DNA from: Octopus bimaculoides
Lineage: Eukaryota
Direction of reading: 5' to 3'
Length of the DNA: 63,919 bases
Assembly (NCBI RefSeq): GCF_001194135.2
Contig: NC_068982.1
Location: 98,442,197-98,506,115, forward strand
The notes below the pieces were generated by a model. It saw only the letters and a list, made by a program, of their open reading frames with translations. It made no database searches and had not been told where the DNA came from. How positions within the stretch are numbered: the first letter of the stretch is position 1; each line of letters opens with the position of its first letter. A program made the translations under genes and the position numbers. Of this stretch, positions 37,369-51,544 are shown in pieces.

Positions 37369-38117
37369 NNNNNNNNNNNNNNNNNNNNNNNNNNNNNNNN
37401 NNNNNNNNNNNNNNNNNNNNNNNNNNNNNNNNNNNNNNNNNNNNNNNNNNNNNNNNNNNNNNNNNNNNNNNNNNNNNNNNNNNNNNNNNNNNNNNNNNNN
37501 NNNNNNNNNNNNNNNNNNNNNNNNNNNNNNNNNNNNNNNNNNNNNNNNNNNNNNNNNNNNNNNNNNNNNNNNNNNNNNNNNNNNNNNNNNNNNNNNNNNN
37601 NNNNNNNNNNNNNNNNNNNNNNNNNNNNNNNNNNNNNNNNNNNNNNNNNNNNNNNNNNNNNNNNNNNNNNNNNNNNNNNNNNNNNNNNNNNNNNNNNNNN
37701 NNNNNNNNNNNNNNNNNNNNNNNNNNNNNNNNNNNNNNNNNNNNNNNNNNNNNNNNNNNNNNNNNNNNNNNNNNNNNNNNNNNNNNNNNNNNNNNNNNNN
37801 NNNNNNNNNNNNNNNNNNNNNNNNNNNNNNNNNNNNNNNNNNNNNNNNNNNNNNNNNNNNNNNNNNNNNNNNNNNNNNNNNNNNNNNNNNNNNNNNNNNN
37901 NNNNNNNNNNNNNNNNNNNNNNNNNNNNNNNNNNNNNNNNNNNNNNNNNNNNNNNNNNNNNNNNNNNNNNNNNNNNNNNNNNNNNNNNNNNNNNNNNNNN
38001 NNNNNNNNNNNNNNNNNNNNNNNNNNNNNNNNNNNNNNNNNNNNNNNNNNNNNNNNNNNNNNNNNNNNNNNNNNNNNNNNNNNNNNNNNNNNNNNNNNNN
38101 NNNTATGTGTATGCATG

Positions 38118-38160
<43 letters not shown>

Positions 38161-38161
<1 letters not shown>

Positions 38162-38320
38162 TACGACGAGCTTCTTTCAGTTTCCGTCTACCAAATCCAC
38201 TCACAAGGCTTTGGTCGGCCCGAGGCTATAGTAGAAGACACTTGCCCAAGGTGCCACGCAGTGGGACTGAACCCGGAACCATGTGGTTGGTAAGCAAGCT
38301 ACCTACCACACAGCCACTCC
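38161..38320 (-). mobile_element. SINE family A 5' half
   Basis: Nearly identical to 61245-61407. Confidence 0.9.
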
Positions 38321-39355
38321 AGTATGTGTATATATGCGTATAAATGAGTGACTGCATGAGTCGTTGTTGAAGTTATGCGTTTGCGAGTGCGTGTACATGT
38401 ATTCATTCGAAGTTATGATTCTTTATCTATGCGTCGACATACGGCATACGTGTATTGTCATGTGATTTACTCTTTGCGGGTTTGTCTATTAATGCGTATA
38501 TATGTGTGCGTGTATGTTTTTGTATGTATATATATATATATTTATGCATACGTACGGTATGTATAAGTTGGGTATTTGTGCGCGCGCGCACATGTGTGTG
38601 TGCACATTAATGTTAGGTCACGAGCATTAGTTTGTAAGAATGTATGCAACTTGTGTATATGCATACGTTAGTGTGTCTATTAATACGTGTGTATGTGTGT
38701 GTGAGTGTATATATATATATATATATATGAACCTGCGTGCATCCGTATACGTTTGATAGTGATGTGCATGCGTGTCTATGTTCATTGATGTATAAAGTGC
38801 ACACCTTTGTGAGAATATTATGAGCATATTTATACATGCGCACGCACGTGCGCGCGCACACTAACGCACACATGCAGACACACACACGCACACACACAGA
38901 CACACACACACACACACATACACACACACACACTTTCACACAAAGTTACAAACATACAGGTTCTAAAGAAAACGACAAACGTATCCTTGATGTTTATACA
39001 CACATCCATACACACGTGTATGGATGCACTGAAAAACACAACTTTCTCATCAAACATTAACAGAAACGTCATCACTTCGATACACGAAAGTATATTGATG
39101 CCAAGCACGAGGCATATGGAGTAAATACTCAAGATAAATACACACACACACACACACACGCAAGTACGGACACAAATACAAAAGCGCGTGCACACGCACA
39201 CACATACACACGCACATAAACAAAAGCACACACATGCGCACACACACGCATACACAAACACACACACTTCTACCAGAATTCAAAGTTGGGTGAGAGCTGC
39301 TCAAGTATGCAAACATGTGTAACCAAAAGTACAACATGATATCTATATATTATAT

Positions 39356-39560
39356 TCTTTTCACTCTTTCACTCGTTTCAGTCGTTTGACTATGGCCATG
39401 CTGGAGCACCGCCTTTAGTCGAACAAATCGACCCCAGGACTTTTGTAAATGTAGTACTTTTTCTAACTCTCTCTTTTTGGCTGAACCGTTAAGTTACGAA
39501 GACGTAAACACACCTGCATCGGTTGTCAAGCGATGGTAGGGTGAACAAACACACACACAC

Positions 39561-39600
<40 letters not shown>

Positions 39601-39727
39601 CGGGCTTCTTTCAGTTTCCGTCAACCAAATCTCCTCACAAGGCATTGGTCGACCCGAGGCTATAGTAGAAGACACTTGCCCAAGGTGCCTCCCAGTGGGA
39701 CTGAACTTAGGACCATGTGTTTGGAAA
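39356..39727 (-). mobile_element. SINE family A
   Basis: Tail, internal (CA)n and core present; the head runs into a gap. Confidence 0.9.
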
Positions 39728-40332
39728 NNNNNNNNNNNNNNNNNNNNNNNNNNNNNNNNNNNNNNNNNNNNNNNNNNNNNNNNNNNNNNNNNNNNNNNNN
39801 NNNNNNNNNNNNNNNNNNNNNNNNNNNNNNNNNNNNNNNNNNNNNNNNNNNNNNNNNNNNNNNNNNNNNNNNNNNNNNNNNNNNNNNNNNNNNNNNNNNN
39901 NNNNNNNNNNNNNNNNNNNNNNNNNNNNNNNNNNNNNNNNNNNNNNNNNNNNNNNNNNNNNNNNNNNNNNNNNNNNNNNNNNNNNNNNNNNNNNNNNNNN
40001 NNNNNNNNNNNNNNNNNNNNNNNNNNNNNNNNNNNNNNNNNNNNNNNNNNNNNNNNNNNNNNNNNNNNNNNNNNNNNNNNNNNNNNNNNNNNNNNNNNNN
40101 NNNNNNNNNNNNNNNNNNNNNNNNNNNNNNNNNNNNNNNNNNNNNNNNNNNNNNNNNNNNNNNNNNNNNNNNNNNNNNNNNNNNNNNNNNNNNNNNNNNN
40201 NNNNNNNNNNNNNNNNNNNNNNNNNNNNNNNNNNNNNNNNNNNNNNNNNNNNNNNNNNNNNNNNNNNNNNNNNNNNNNNNNNNNNNNNNNNNNNNNNNNN
40301 NNNNNNNNNNNNNNNNNNNNNNNNNNNNNNNN

Positions 40333-40395
<63 letters not shown>

Positions 40396-40444
40396 GTCGT
40401 ATGAATGTATGCAGGTAGGTGTGTACGTATGTGTGTGTATCTTT

Positions 40445-40694
40445 ATCTCTTATCTTTTAGTTGTTTCAGTCACATGACTGCGGCCAAGCTGGGACTTAGC
40501 CGAACAAATCGACCTCCATACTTACTTTTTAAAGTCAGGTGCTCACTCTATCGAGTTCTTTTCCGAAACCGCTCAGTTATGGGGACGTAAACAAACCGAA
40601 ACACACACGCACAAACACACACACTCTCTCTCTCTCTCTTTCTCTCTTTCTCTCTGACTGTCTGTCTATCTCTCTTTCTCTCTCTCTCTCTCTT

Positions 40695-40743
<49 letters not shown>

Positions 40744-40860
40744 AAATCTGGTACTTATTCTATCGGTCTCTTTTGCCGAACTACGATATTGCTGGGATGT
40801 AAACTAACACCAGTTGTTAAGCGGTGGATGGGGGTGACAAACACATACCCAAAAACACAC
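40445..40860 (-). mobile_element. Two degenerate SINE family A 3' fragments separated by (CT)n
   Basis: ttgtttcagtca..tgactgcggcca and tacttattctatcggtctcttttgccgaac. Confidence 0.7.
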
Positions 40861-40896
40861 ACATAACACACACACACGCACGTACACCCATCTGTA

Positions 40897-40955
<59 letters not shown>

Positions 40956-41463
40956 TTGTGTGTGTTTGTGTGTGTATATATATATATAAACAATATATAT
41001 TAACAATTGCAGCGTGGAAGATGTTTGTAAGCCATTCAAGAACCCACAACAAAGAATGTTAGTTTCCCTTCAACATTTAAATGATGCAGCACAAAGTTTT
41101 ATCTCAAAGGATAGCCCAAATCGATTAGGGCTATCCTTTGAGTAAACAACGCACAGAGTACTCCGGATACGATATGATATATATCCACCTTTGCTACTAC
41201 AATTATCTCCGGAAAATACCCATGTTTACTGCTGGAATGAAGCTACACTCCAAGTACTGTTTCTTCTTTGTTCTTTTTTCAGCGCATCACTCTCACTTCC
41301 TACTACAAATCTTTTCTTATAGATGTAATAATCCATTCCTCTACTATTGCCGTCTCCGATAGAGGGATACATTGGATTTTCCCTGAAACAGCTGTAAGAC
41401 TTTATCCATAAAATAAATTTCTAACTTTGCCATTGGTCTCTTTATCTTTTTCTCTCTTTATAC

Positions 41464-41496
<33 letters not shown>

Positions 41497-42313
41497 NNNN
41501 NNNNNNNNNNNNNNNNNNNNNNNNNNNNNNNNNNNNNNNNNNNNNNNNNNNNNNNNNNNNNNNNNNNNNNNNNNNNNNNNNNNNNNNNNNNNNNNNNNNN
41601 NNNNNNNNNNNNNNNNNNNNNNNNNNNNNNNNNNNNNNNNNNNNNNNNNNNNNNNNNNNNNNNNNNNNNNNNNNNNNNNNNNNNNNNNNNNNNNNNNNNN
41701 NNNNNNNNNNNNNNNNNNNNNNNNNNNNNNNNNNNNNNNNNNNNNNNNNNNNNNNNNNNNNNNNNNNNNNNNNNNNNNNNNNNNNNNNNNNNNNNNNNNN
41801 NNNNNNNNNNNNNNNNNNNNNNNNTATATATATATCGTCGTCGTCGTCTATCAAAATCATTCACAAAGAATCGGTTGGCCCAGTTACAGTAAAAGACAAT
41901 TGCCAAAGATAACACTCAGTGGAACTTAAACCAAAACCATGAGGTTGCAAAACAAACTTATTAAACACTCAACCATGTGTGCGACTACGTTAATCAGTGG
42001 CTAAGTTGCAATCTCAAAAGGCTGGCTTGGTCAGCCAAAACACCTAAGCTAATGCACTCTTTGAAAATACTATTTCTTAATGGAACAGAATAACTCGAAA
42101 ACTTTTCTAAAAACTTTTTCAATGCGTGTCATAGCGTTTGTGTTATTCGATTTTCAGTGAAGGAACATTGTTTCTTTATTAAAAATCGACTCCTTCCAAC
42201 TCCTTGGTTTTAGGAATAATTCAAATAATAATAAAAGAATAACACACACATACACACACACATACATATATTAATACATACTTACATACATACATACATA
42301 CACACATACGTAC

Positions 42314-42553
42314 ATAATTATTGGGGCCCTGGGATATGTAACGCACTGCCTAAATACCAATCTTGATAAATTAGGCTTCTCAAAACCAGAAAGGAGAAAG
42401 CTAATTCGAAGACTATAGATCCAATCCATCACTGGAACTGTAAAAATCTGTAAAACTTTCCTGAAGTTTATCATTTGAATATATATGAGCATGTCTAGAT
42501 ATGCAACCATATGCATGAGAATACATACATAAAGGAAAACATACCAATCTGCA
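42314..42553 (+). mobile_element. RLE-type non-LTR 3' fragment flanked by (CATA)n
   Basis: IIIGALGYVTHCLNTNLDKLGF...IQSITGTVKICKTFLKFII* followed by a 3' UTR; (CATA)n on both sides. Confidence 0.7.
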
Positions 42554-42773
42554 CACATACATACATACATACATACATACATACATACATACATACAAAG
42601 AAAAATACCCTATTGCTGATGTTGAAATTTCAATGAAGGAGCCTTGGATCTAGGTTTGAAACCAGCTCTTTCTCTATTGTCAAGAAATCTTGAAATAAAA
42701 CTAAACAACGACATACATGCGTACATACATTAATACATACATATATGCATACATATATACATGCATACATACA

Positions 42774-42807
<34 letters not shown>

Positions 42808-42844
42808 CATACACACATACATACATGTATGCATGCATACATAC

Positions 42845-42875
<31 letters not shown>

Positions 42876-42876
42876 C

Positions 42877-43123
42877 AATGTTGTCAACATCTCTTTGAAA
42901 AGAGAAAGAGGATGACTATGGAGAACTGCTTCGAAAACCACAGTTTCTATATCTCGATTCTAACTTCACATTTATACCAATAATAATTGGAGCACTTGAT
43001 TTTTTCGGTAAATGCCAATTTGGATACCCTAGGGTTTTCGGAAAATAAATCAACCAATGAACTTGCGCATTATAAATACAATCTATAAGTGGAACAGTAA
43101 AAATATGCAAGAATTTTCTCAAG
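42877..43123 (+). mobile_element. Second, older fragment of the same RLE family, directly after (CATA)n
   Basis: DDYGELLR...FTFIPIIIGALD...IQSISGTVKICKNFLK. Confidence 0.65.
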
Positions 43124-43124
43124 T

Positions 43125-43422
43125 AGGAGTGGCTGTGTGGTAAGTAGCTTGCTTACCAACCACATGGTTCCGGGTTCAGTGCCACTGCGTGGCATCTTGG
43201 GCAAGTGTCTTATACTACAGCTTCGGGCCAACCAAAGCCTTGTGAGTGGATTTGGTACACGGAAACTGAAAGAAGCCTGTCGTATGTATGTATNNNNNNN
43301 NNNNNNNNNNNNNNNNNNNNNNNNNNNNNNNNNNNNNNNNNNNNNNNNNNNNNNNNNNNNNNNNNNNNNNNNNNNNNNNNNNNNNNNNNNNNNNNNNNNN
43401 NNNNNNNNNNNNNNNNNNNNNN

Positions 43423-43464
<42 letters not shown>

Positions 43465-43660
43465 TCCCCCCAACATCGCTTGACAACCGATGCTGGTGCG
43501 TTTACGTCCTCGTAATTTAGCGGTTCGGCAAAAGAGGGAGATAGAATAAGTACTAGGCTTCCAAAGAATAAGTACTGGGGTCGATTTGCTCAATTAAAGG
43601 CAGTGCTCCAGCATGGCCACAGTCAAAAGACTGAAACAAGTAAAAGAGTAAAAAAGAGTA
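43125..43660 (+). mobile_element. SINE family A, full length with internal gap
   Basis: Head, core, internal (TG)n and tail all present. Confidence 0.9.
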
Positions 43661-44470
43661 AGTTTGAAATGTGACATTGTTTTTGTTGTCTACATTCCAA
43701 CGATGGAGCTTTGTATCCTTGTTATAAACCAGTTCCTTTCCCAAAGTAAGAATTTAAATGATTAAAAACAGAAGAGAACATACAAATATACAAGCTCACT
43801 GAGTTATGTAACAATATATCTTTTTATAGAAAATCCTAGAAATGCTGAGCTTGACCAAGAAAGATGAAACAAGCTGATTCGAATTCGCCCGAACTGTAAC
43901 GCAGTAAACGCTTGTAAAGCGTTCCAGGGATTCTTCATTTGAGGTGCCTTGGATGATCACGTGAACACAATCATATGGAGATACCAAATCACATACACAG
44001 AGACACACACATGCTATTAATGAAACACACGCACACACACTACTAAAGTAACATGCTCTTTCACTGCACGAGTACAGATTTGTAAACACACACGCACACA
44101 CAGACACATGCAAGCACATATACACATACTCATACACACACGCATGCACACACACAAACAAATTCACATACCAATAAGCACCGAGAGCTACCTTGCGTTA
44201 AATAAAAGTGCATTGCCGTACTGTTAGTGACTAACTTGAATTCCCGAAGGGTAAAAAAACATTAGATCTCATACATACAACCATCTATCCTTACATAAAT
44301 ACATACATATACACAGGGATACAAGTTACTTGCGTATATACATAAATAGATAGACAGGCAGACAGACAGACAGTTAGACATCCGGTGTTTGCTTGTTTAC
44401 GTCTCCGCCACATAGCGGTCCACCTAAAGAGACCGATGGAATAAATACCAGACTTTTAAAAAAACACACC

Positions 44471-44910
44471 GAGTGGCTGTGTGGTGAGAAGCTTGCTTCC
44501 TAACCTTATGGTTCCAGGTTCAGTCCCAGTGCCTGGCACCTTGGTCAAATGACTTCTACTATAGCCTCGGGCTGACCAAAGCCCTGTGAGTGGATTTGGT
44601 GAACGGAAACTGAAAGAAGCTCGTCGTATATATATGTGTATATATATGTGTATGTATATATATATATATATATATNNNNNNNNNNNNNNNNNNNNNNNNN
44701 NNNNNNNNNNNNNNNNNNNNNNNNNNNNNNNNNNNNNNNNNNNNNNNNNNNNNNNNNNNNNNNNNNNNNNNNNNNNNNNNNNNNNNNNNNNTATATATAT
44801 AGGAAAATGAAAAAAAGCCAGAATGCTGAACTGGGAGTATAATTTAATAAAGATTTTTTCTAACCGGTTTTCTCCACGTGCGGTTAACACAACCCCACTA
44901 TTTACTGACT

Positions 44911-44941
<31 letters not shown>

Positions 44942-45180
44942 GTATGTGTGTCTTTGTATCTGTGTTTGCCCACCCCCCAATCAACGCTTGACAACCGATG
45001 CTGGTGTGTTTACATCCCTGCAACTTAGCGGTTCGGAAAAAGAGACCGATGGAATAAGTACTAGACTTACAAAGAATAAGTCCTCGGGTCGATTTCCTCG
45101 ACTAAAATTCTGTAAGGCGGTGCTCCAGCATGGCCGCAGTCAAATGAGTGAAACAATTAAAAGAATAGAAGAATAGAAGA
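44471..45180 (+). mobile_element. SINE family A with internal gap and extra sequence
   Basis: Head/core at 44471-44627; tail at 44945-45180. Confidence 0.85.
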
Positions 45181-45680
45181 ATGCTAGAGTCCGTTTTCTC
45201 GACTAAACCCTTCAAGACGGAACCCCATCATGGTCGTCGTCCAATGACTAAAACAAATAAAAAACAGAAAAATACAAAAAGACAATAAATGAAGTATTGA
45301 GAAACGTTACGTGACAACATTTCAGCTATAACATAAGATTTCTGATAGTGGCTGTTGAAGCACTTGGTTATGTAATCGTCTCCGTTGCCAACCAGGATTT
45401 ATAAGACTAGAACCATACACAACTAATTAAGAAATGTTAATTACAGATCATTAAAGGTGAAAATGTGTAAAATAGGTAAAGTTTACTCCGTAATAATTAC
45501 TCATAGACATGTAGAAGTAGATATACGAATATACACACACGCACACATATAAAGAGAGAGACAGAGAGATATGTATGTATGTACGTATTTATGTATGCAT
45601 GTATGTGTACATATGTCTACCCAAAACCAGATCCACTCCTATAATGACATGCAAACACACATACAGGCACACACGCACGA

Positions 45681-45715
<35 letters not shown>

Positions 45716-46361
45716 TGTATACATTCAAACATGAAGACAGACAGACATACATATATGACTATTATGATGAAGAAGTGGGTTCGAAACCGGTTCTTTATTG
45801 TTGAAAAATTTGAAATTATTTAGAAGACCGTGCATGCATACGTACGTGCATACATATGTATATATACCCAAAGATTTACAAAACATAGACATAAGCAAAA
45901 TGAAAGAGCGGAAGAGAAATGGAGAGATGGAAAATGAAGACGATGGGATTAGGAGAGGGAGGAGAGAGAGGGGGAGGCATGGAGGGAGAGACAGACAGAT
46001 AAAGAGGTAGAGAGGGGGGGACAGATAGTGAGGTAGAGAGAGAGAGAGAGAGAGAGAGACTAAGAATAGAAAAAGCAGACAAAGGGAAACAGGAAAAGGA
46101 GTGAAAAAGCTAGACAAAGAACGTTTATATACATACATATACACACACACTTATAGATGTGTGTATGGATGCATACATACAAACACACATATGCATGCAT
46201 ACATATACACACACATGCTTACAAAAAAACATATCTACATACATAAAGACATGCATGCATCCATCCATCCATCCATCCATACATACATACATACAAACAT
46301 ACATACTCATATCCGTATACATTTATACATAGTACAAATATACACATACATGTACACATAC

Positions 46362-46398
<37 letters not shown>

Positions 46399-46760
46399 NN
46401 NNNNNNNNNNNNNNNNNNNNNNNNNNNNNNNNNNNNNNNNNNNNNNNNNNNNNNNNNNNNNNNNNNNNNNNNNNNNNNNNNNNNNNNNNNNNNNNNNNNN
46501 NNNNNNNNNNNNNNNNNNNNNNNNNNNNNNNNNNNNNNNNNNNNNNNNNNNNNNNNNNNNNNNNNNNNNNNNNNNNNNNNNNNNNNNNNNNNNNNNNNNN
46601 NNNNNNNNNNNNNNNNNNNNNNNNNNNNNNNNNNNNNNNNNNNNNNNNNNNNNNNNNNNNNNNNNNNNNNNNNNNNNNNNNNNNNNNNNNNNNNNNNNNN
46701 NNNNNNNNNNNNNNNNNNNNNNNNNNNNNNNNNNNNNNNNNNNNNNNNNNNNNNNNNNNN

Positions 46761-46796
<36 letters not shown>

Positions 46797-47048
46797 ACAT
46801 ACATATATTTACACATGTCAGAAACGCGAACATACAGAGAGAAAAGGTGAGGTGTGTGTCCATTTTGGGTGGGGGGTAAGAAACACCGGGAAAGAACAAT
46901 GTATACTCATACACTACAAAAGATTCTGTACCACCCAGGTACAAACATATAGAGGCAAAGACAGAGAACACACACACACACACACACACACATGTACACG
47001 CATACACAATCTAGGCAAAGAGCACAGATACAGGAACAAAGAAAAGAT

Positions 47049-47097
<49 letters not shown>

Positions 47098-47739
47098 NNN
47101 NNNNNNNNNNNNNNNNNNNNNNNNNNNNNNNNNNNNNNNNNNNNNNNNNNNNNNNNNNNNNNNNNNNNNNNNNNNNNNNNNNNNNNNNNNNNNNNNNNNN
47201 NNNNNNNNNNNNNNNNNNNNNNNNNNNNNNNNNNNNNNNNNNNNNNNNNNNNNNNNNNNNNNNNNNNNNNNNNNNNNNNNNNNNNNNNNNNNNNNNNNNN
47301 NNNNNNNNNNNNNNNNNNNNNNNNNNNNNNNNNNNNNNNNNNNNNNNNNNNNNNNNNNNNNNNNNNNNNNNNNNNNNNNNNNNNNNNNNNNNNNNNNNNN
47401 NNNNNNNNNNNNNNNNNNNNNNNNNNNNNNNNNNNNNNNNNNNNNNNNNNNNNNNNNNNNNNNNNNNNNNNNNNNNNNNNNNNNNNNNNNNNNNNNNNNN
47501 NNNNNNNNNNNNNNNNNNNNNNNNNNNNNNNNNNNNNNNNNNNNNNNNNNNNNNNNNNNNNNNNNNNNNNNNNNNNNNNNNNNNNNNNNNNNNNNNNNNN
47601 NNNNNNNNNNNNNNNNNNNNNNNNNNNNNNNNNNNNNNNNNNNNNNNNNNNNNNNNNNNNNNNNNNNNNNNNNNNNNNNNNNNNNNNNNNNNNNNNNNNN
47701 NNNNNNNNNNNNNNNNNNNNNNNNNNNNNNNNNNNNNNN

Positions 47740-47740
<1 letters not shown>

Positions 47741-47803
<63 letters not shown>

Positions 47804-47830
47804 TAGATAGACAGACAGACAGACAGATAC

Positions 47831-47900
<70 letters not shown>
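47741..47900. repeat. (GATA/GACA)n microsatellite
   Basis: Direct reading. Confidence 0.95.
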
Positions 47901-48179
47901 CGCGAGAGTGAAATCGTTAGACTTCTGTAACGGCGGTTATGGATTGCTTGAGAGAAAGTGAAGATGTTAGTTGTGGTGAAAATTCATTCACGTCTCCTGT
48001 GATGACTCACCTTTCTGCTGCTTCGCTTTACAACTTAATCATAGCTGGCGCACTCACGTACATATACATATATATATGCGCACATACATGCATACATACA
48101 AACATACATACATACATACATACATACATACATGCATACACACATATGTACATGTGTGATGTGTGTGTGTGTGTGTGTA

Positions 48180-48218
<39 letters not shown>

Positions 48219-48704
48219 ACACCCAAACATTTGAATGCACGTATACATCCGTGCATTCACATAAATACGTGTTTGCATCCATATATATATATATATACAC
48301 ACACGCACACACNNNNNNNNNNNNNNNNNNNNNNNNNNNNNNNNNNNNNNNNNNNNNNNNNNNNNNNNNNNNNNNNNNNNNNNNNNNNNNNNNNNNNNNN
48401 NNNNNNNNNNNNNNNNNNNNNNNNNNNNNNNNNNNNNNNNNNNNNNNNNNNNNNNNNNNNNNNNNNNNNNNNNNNNNNNNNNNNNNNNNNNNNNNNNNNN
48501 NNNNNNNNNNNNNNNNNNNNNNNNNNNNNNNNNNNNNNNNNNNNNNNNNNNNNNNNNNNNNNNNNNNNNNNNNNNNNNNNNNNNNNNNNNNNNNNNNNNN
48601 NNNNNNNNNNNNNNNNNNNNNNNNNNNNNNNNNNNNNNNNNNNNNNNNNNNNNNNNNNNNNNNNNNNNNNNNNNNNNNNNNNNNNNNNNNNNNNNNNNNN
48701 NNNN

Positions 48705-48735
<31 letters not shown>

Positions 48736-49043
48736 AAAAAAGCTACATATTTACATAGTCATAAATTTATAATTACGCACGTACACATCTACTCTCACAG
48801 GAGCGTTAACGCGCGCGCACTCACACACATGCACACTCGCACACACGCAGAGATACGCGTGCACATCTCACACACACAGACACACACATGCACACACCCA
48901 AGACATGCATGCTGCAGAAGTTAGCCTTGCACAAATGTACTTTAGGAGACCCGAGTGTCGTGATAGTGGTGTTACTGGTTGAGAAAGAGTGTGTGTGAGA
49001 GAGAGATGTGCGATAGACGGGTGGATCAGAAGGTGTCATTGTT

Positions 49044-49081
<38 letters not shown>

Positions 49082-49332
49082 TACAGCAGCAGCAATAGTA
49101 GTAGTAGTAGTAGTAGTTGTTGTAGTAGTAGTAGTAGTAGTTAAAAAGAGGGGTGAAAGGGTGGAGGACAGCGGGAATAGAATGCTGATGATGGAAATGA
49201 CAGTGTGGAAGAAGAAAAGGTAAAAAAAAACAAAAAACTAATAAACGCAACAATAGCAACATCAGTAAAAACAATAGCAACAATGACAATAACATGAACT
49301 ACTATTACTGCTGAAACTACTACTACTACTAT

Positions 49333-49392
<60 letters not shown>

Positions 49393-50045
49393 AGCTGCTG
49401 CTCCTGCAGAGAACCTATACTGCAATTGTGACAAGAATAGCAACAGCAATCAATGCAGCGAAATATTAGCAACAATTAACCACAATGACTGCAACACCAA
49501 TAATAGCAACAATACTGAAGCAATAAGCGGCATTCGCAACAGTAACAATAACATATACTGCGATAGCAGCAACTTTGAGTACAAGGATTGCTAATTTGAG
49601 GGGAGTGGGTGAGTCGAAAGCAACGAGTTCGGAACTTGACAAGTAATTCCTGTGTTGACTTCAGTGGGACTTCCACTGAGAAGGAGTTTGAGCTGGGATA
49701 AATACCGCAAGGCATTTTGTCTGGGGTTCTAACGTGTAGCGGCATGAGCAACAAGAGTTGTATCAAAAACAACAATAGCAACAATGATATTATCCACAAT
49801 AGCAAGAGTGTCAATGACAACGATTACAGTCACCAACACCAGTAAGAACAAACTTAGTCATGGACAATAGCAACAAGAATAACAATGACAACGACATTAA
49901 TAGTTGTAGCTTTAACAGCAATTACAGTGACAGCAATGACAACGATTGCAACAATAGTAATCACAGCAATAACGATAGCAACAAAAAAAACTACGATAGC
50001 AACATAAGGGACTATAGCAACCCAAATAACAATTTCAACAACCTC

Positions 50046-50123
<78 letters not shown>

Positions 50124-50254
50124 CTACTGACTTGTAATAAGATGCACCATCCAAAGGCAGGCGTGGATCGTCTTTACCTCCCCAGAGCTCAGGGAGGTCG
50201 AGGCTTGATCCAGCTTGAACTTACGTACAAAACCACCACAATCGGACTGGCCAA
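50124..50254 (+). mobile_element. R4/Dong-type LINE fragment starting in (TAA)n, running into a gap
   Basis: MHHPKAGVDRLYLPRAQGGRGLIQLELTYKTTTIGL, the conserved post-RT motif of R4/Dong elements. Confidence 0.85.
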
Positions 50255-51399
50255 NNNNNNNNNNNNNNNNNNNNNNNNNNNNNNNNNNNNNNNNNNNNNN
50301 NNNNNNNNNNNNNNNNNNNNNNNNNNNNNNNNNNNNNNNNNNNNNNNNNNNNNNNNNNNNNNNNNNNNNNNNNNNNNNNNNNNNNNNNNNNNNNNNNNNN
50401 NNNNNNNNNNNNNNNNNNNNNNNNNNNNNNNNNNNNNNNNNNNNNNNNNNNNNNNNNNNNNNNNNNNNNNNNNNNNNNNNNNNNNNNNNNNNNNNNNNNN
50501 NNNNNNNNNNNNNNNNNNNNNNNNNNNNNNNNNNNNNNNNNNNNNNNNNNNNNNNNNNNNNNNNNNNNNNNNNNNNNNNNNNNNNNNNNNNNNNNNNNNN
50601 NNNNNNNNNNNNNNNNNNNNNNNNNNNNNNNNNNNNNNNNNNNNNNNNNNNNNNNNNNNNNNNNNNNNNNNNNNNNNNNNNNNNNNNNNNNNNNNNNNNN
50701 NNNNNNNNNNNNNNNNNNNNNNNNNNNNNNNNNNNNNNNNNNNNNNNNNNNNNNNNNNNNNNNNNNNNNNNNNNNNNNNNNNNNNNNNNNNNNNNNNNNN
50801 NNNNNNNNNNNNNNNNNNNNNNNNNNNNNNNNNNNNNNNNNNNNNNNNNNNNNNNNNNNNNNNNNNNNNNNNNNNNNNNNNNNNNNNNNNNNNNNNNNNN
50901 NNNNNNNNNNNNNNNNNNNNNNNNNNNNNNNNNNNNNNNNNNNNNNNNNNNNNNNNNNNNNNNNNNNNNNNNNNNNNNNNNNNNNNNNNNNNNNNNNNNN
51001 NNNNNNNNNNNNNNNNNNNNNNNNNNNNNNNNNNNNNNNNNNNNNNNNNNNNNNNNNNNNNNNNNNNNNNNNNNNNNNNNNNNNNNNNNNNNNNNNNNNN
51101 NNNNNNNNNNNNNNNNNNNNNNNNNNNNNNNNNNNNNNNNNNNNNNNNNNNNNNNNNNNNNNNNNNNNNNNNNNNNNNNNNNNNNNNNNNNNNNNNNNNN
51201 NNNNNNNNNNNNNNNNNNNNNNNNNNNNNNNNNNNNNNNNNNNNNNNNNNNNNNTCTTAAATACATGTTTTACCTATGAATTTGCGTGTGTAAATTGGGA
51301 ATGCATACAACGTTTCTCTGCCCTAGGTGTACGGAAAACACTCGGCGAGAAATGGGAAAAAATTTGAAGAAAGAAGAAAAAAAAACATAATAATAATAA

Positions 51400-51490
51400 T
51401 CAATACAGTAACCATAAGAACACCACAGCAAACCACAGCACATACCGAAGGCGCACAGAGCTGCACTCGGTAGTGAAGTGAAAGCACGTT
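51400..51490 (+). mobile_element. Dong-type 3' UTR-only insertion in (TAA)n
   Basis: Matches 9781-9871 (caatacagtaaccataaga...gtagtgaagtgaaagcacgtt); TAA repeats on both sides. Confidence 0.85.
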
Positions 51491-51500
51491 AATAATAATA

Positions 51501-51544
<44 letters not shown>

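Noticed and set aside
47990-48060. Strong minus-strand donor AG|GTGAGT
   Set aside because: All three upstream frames contain stops within about 35 nt; no supportable exon.
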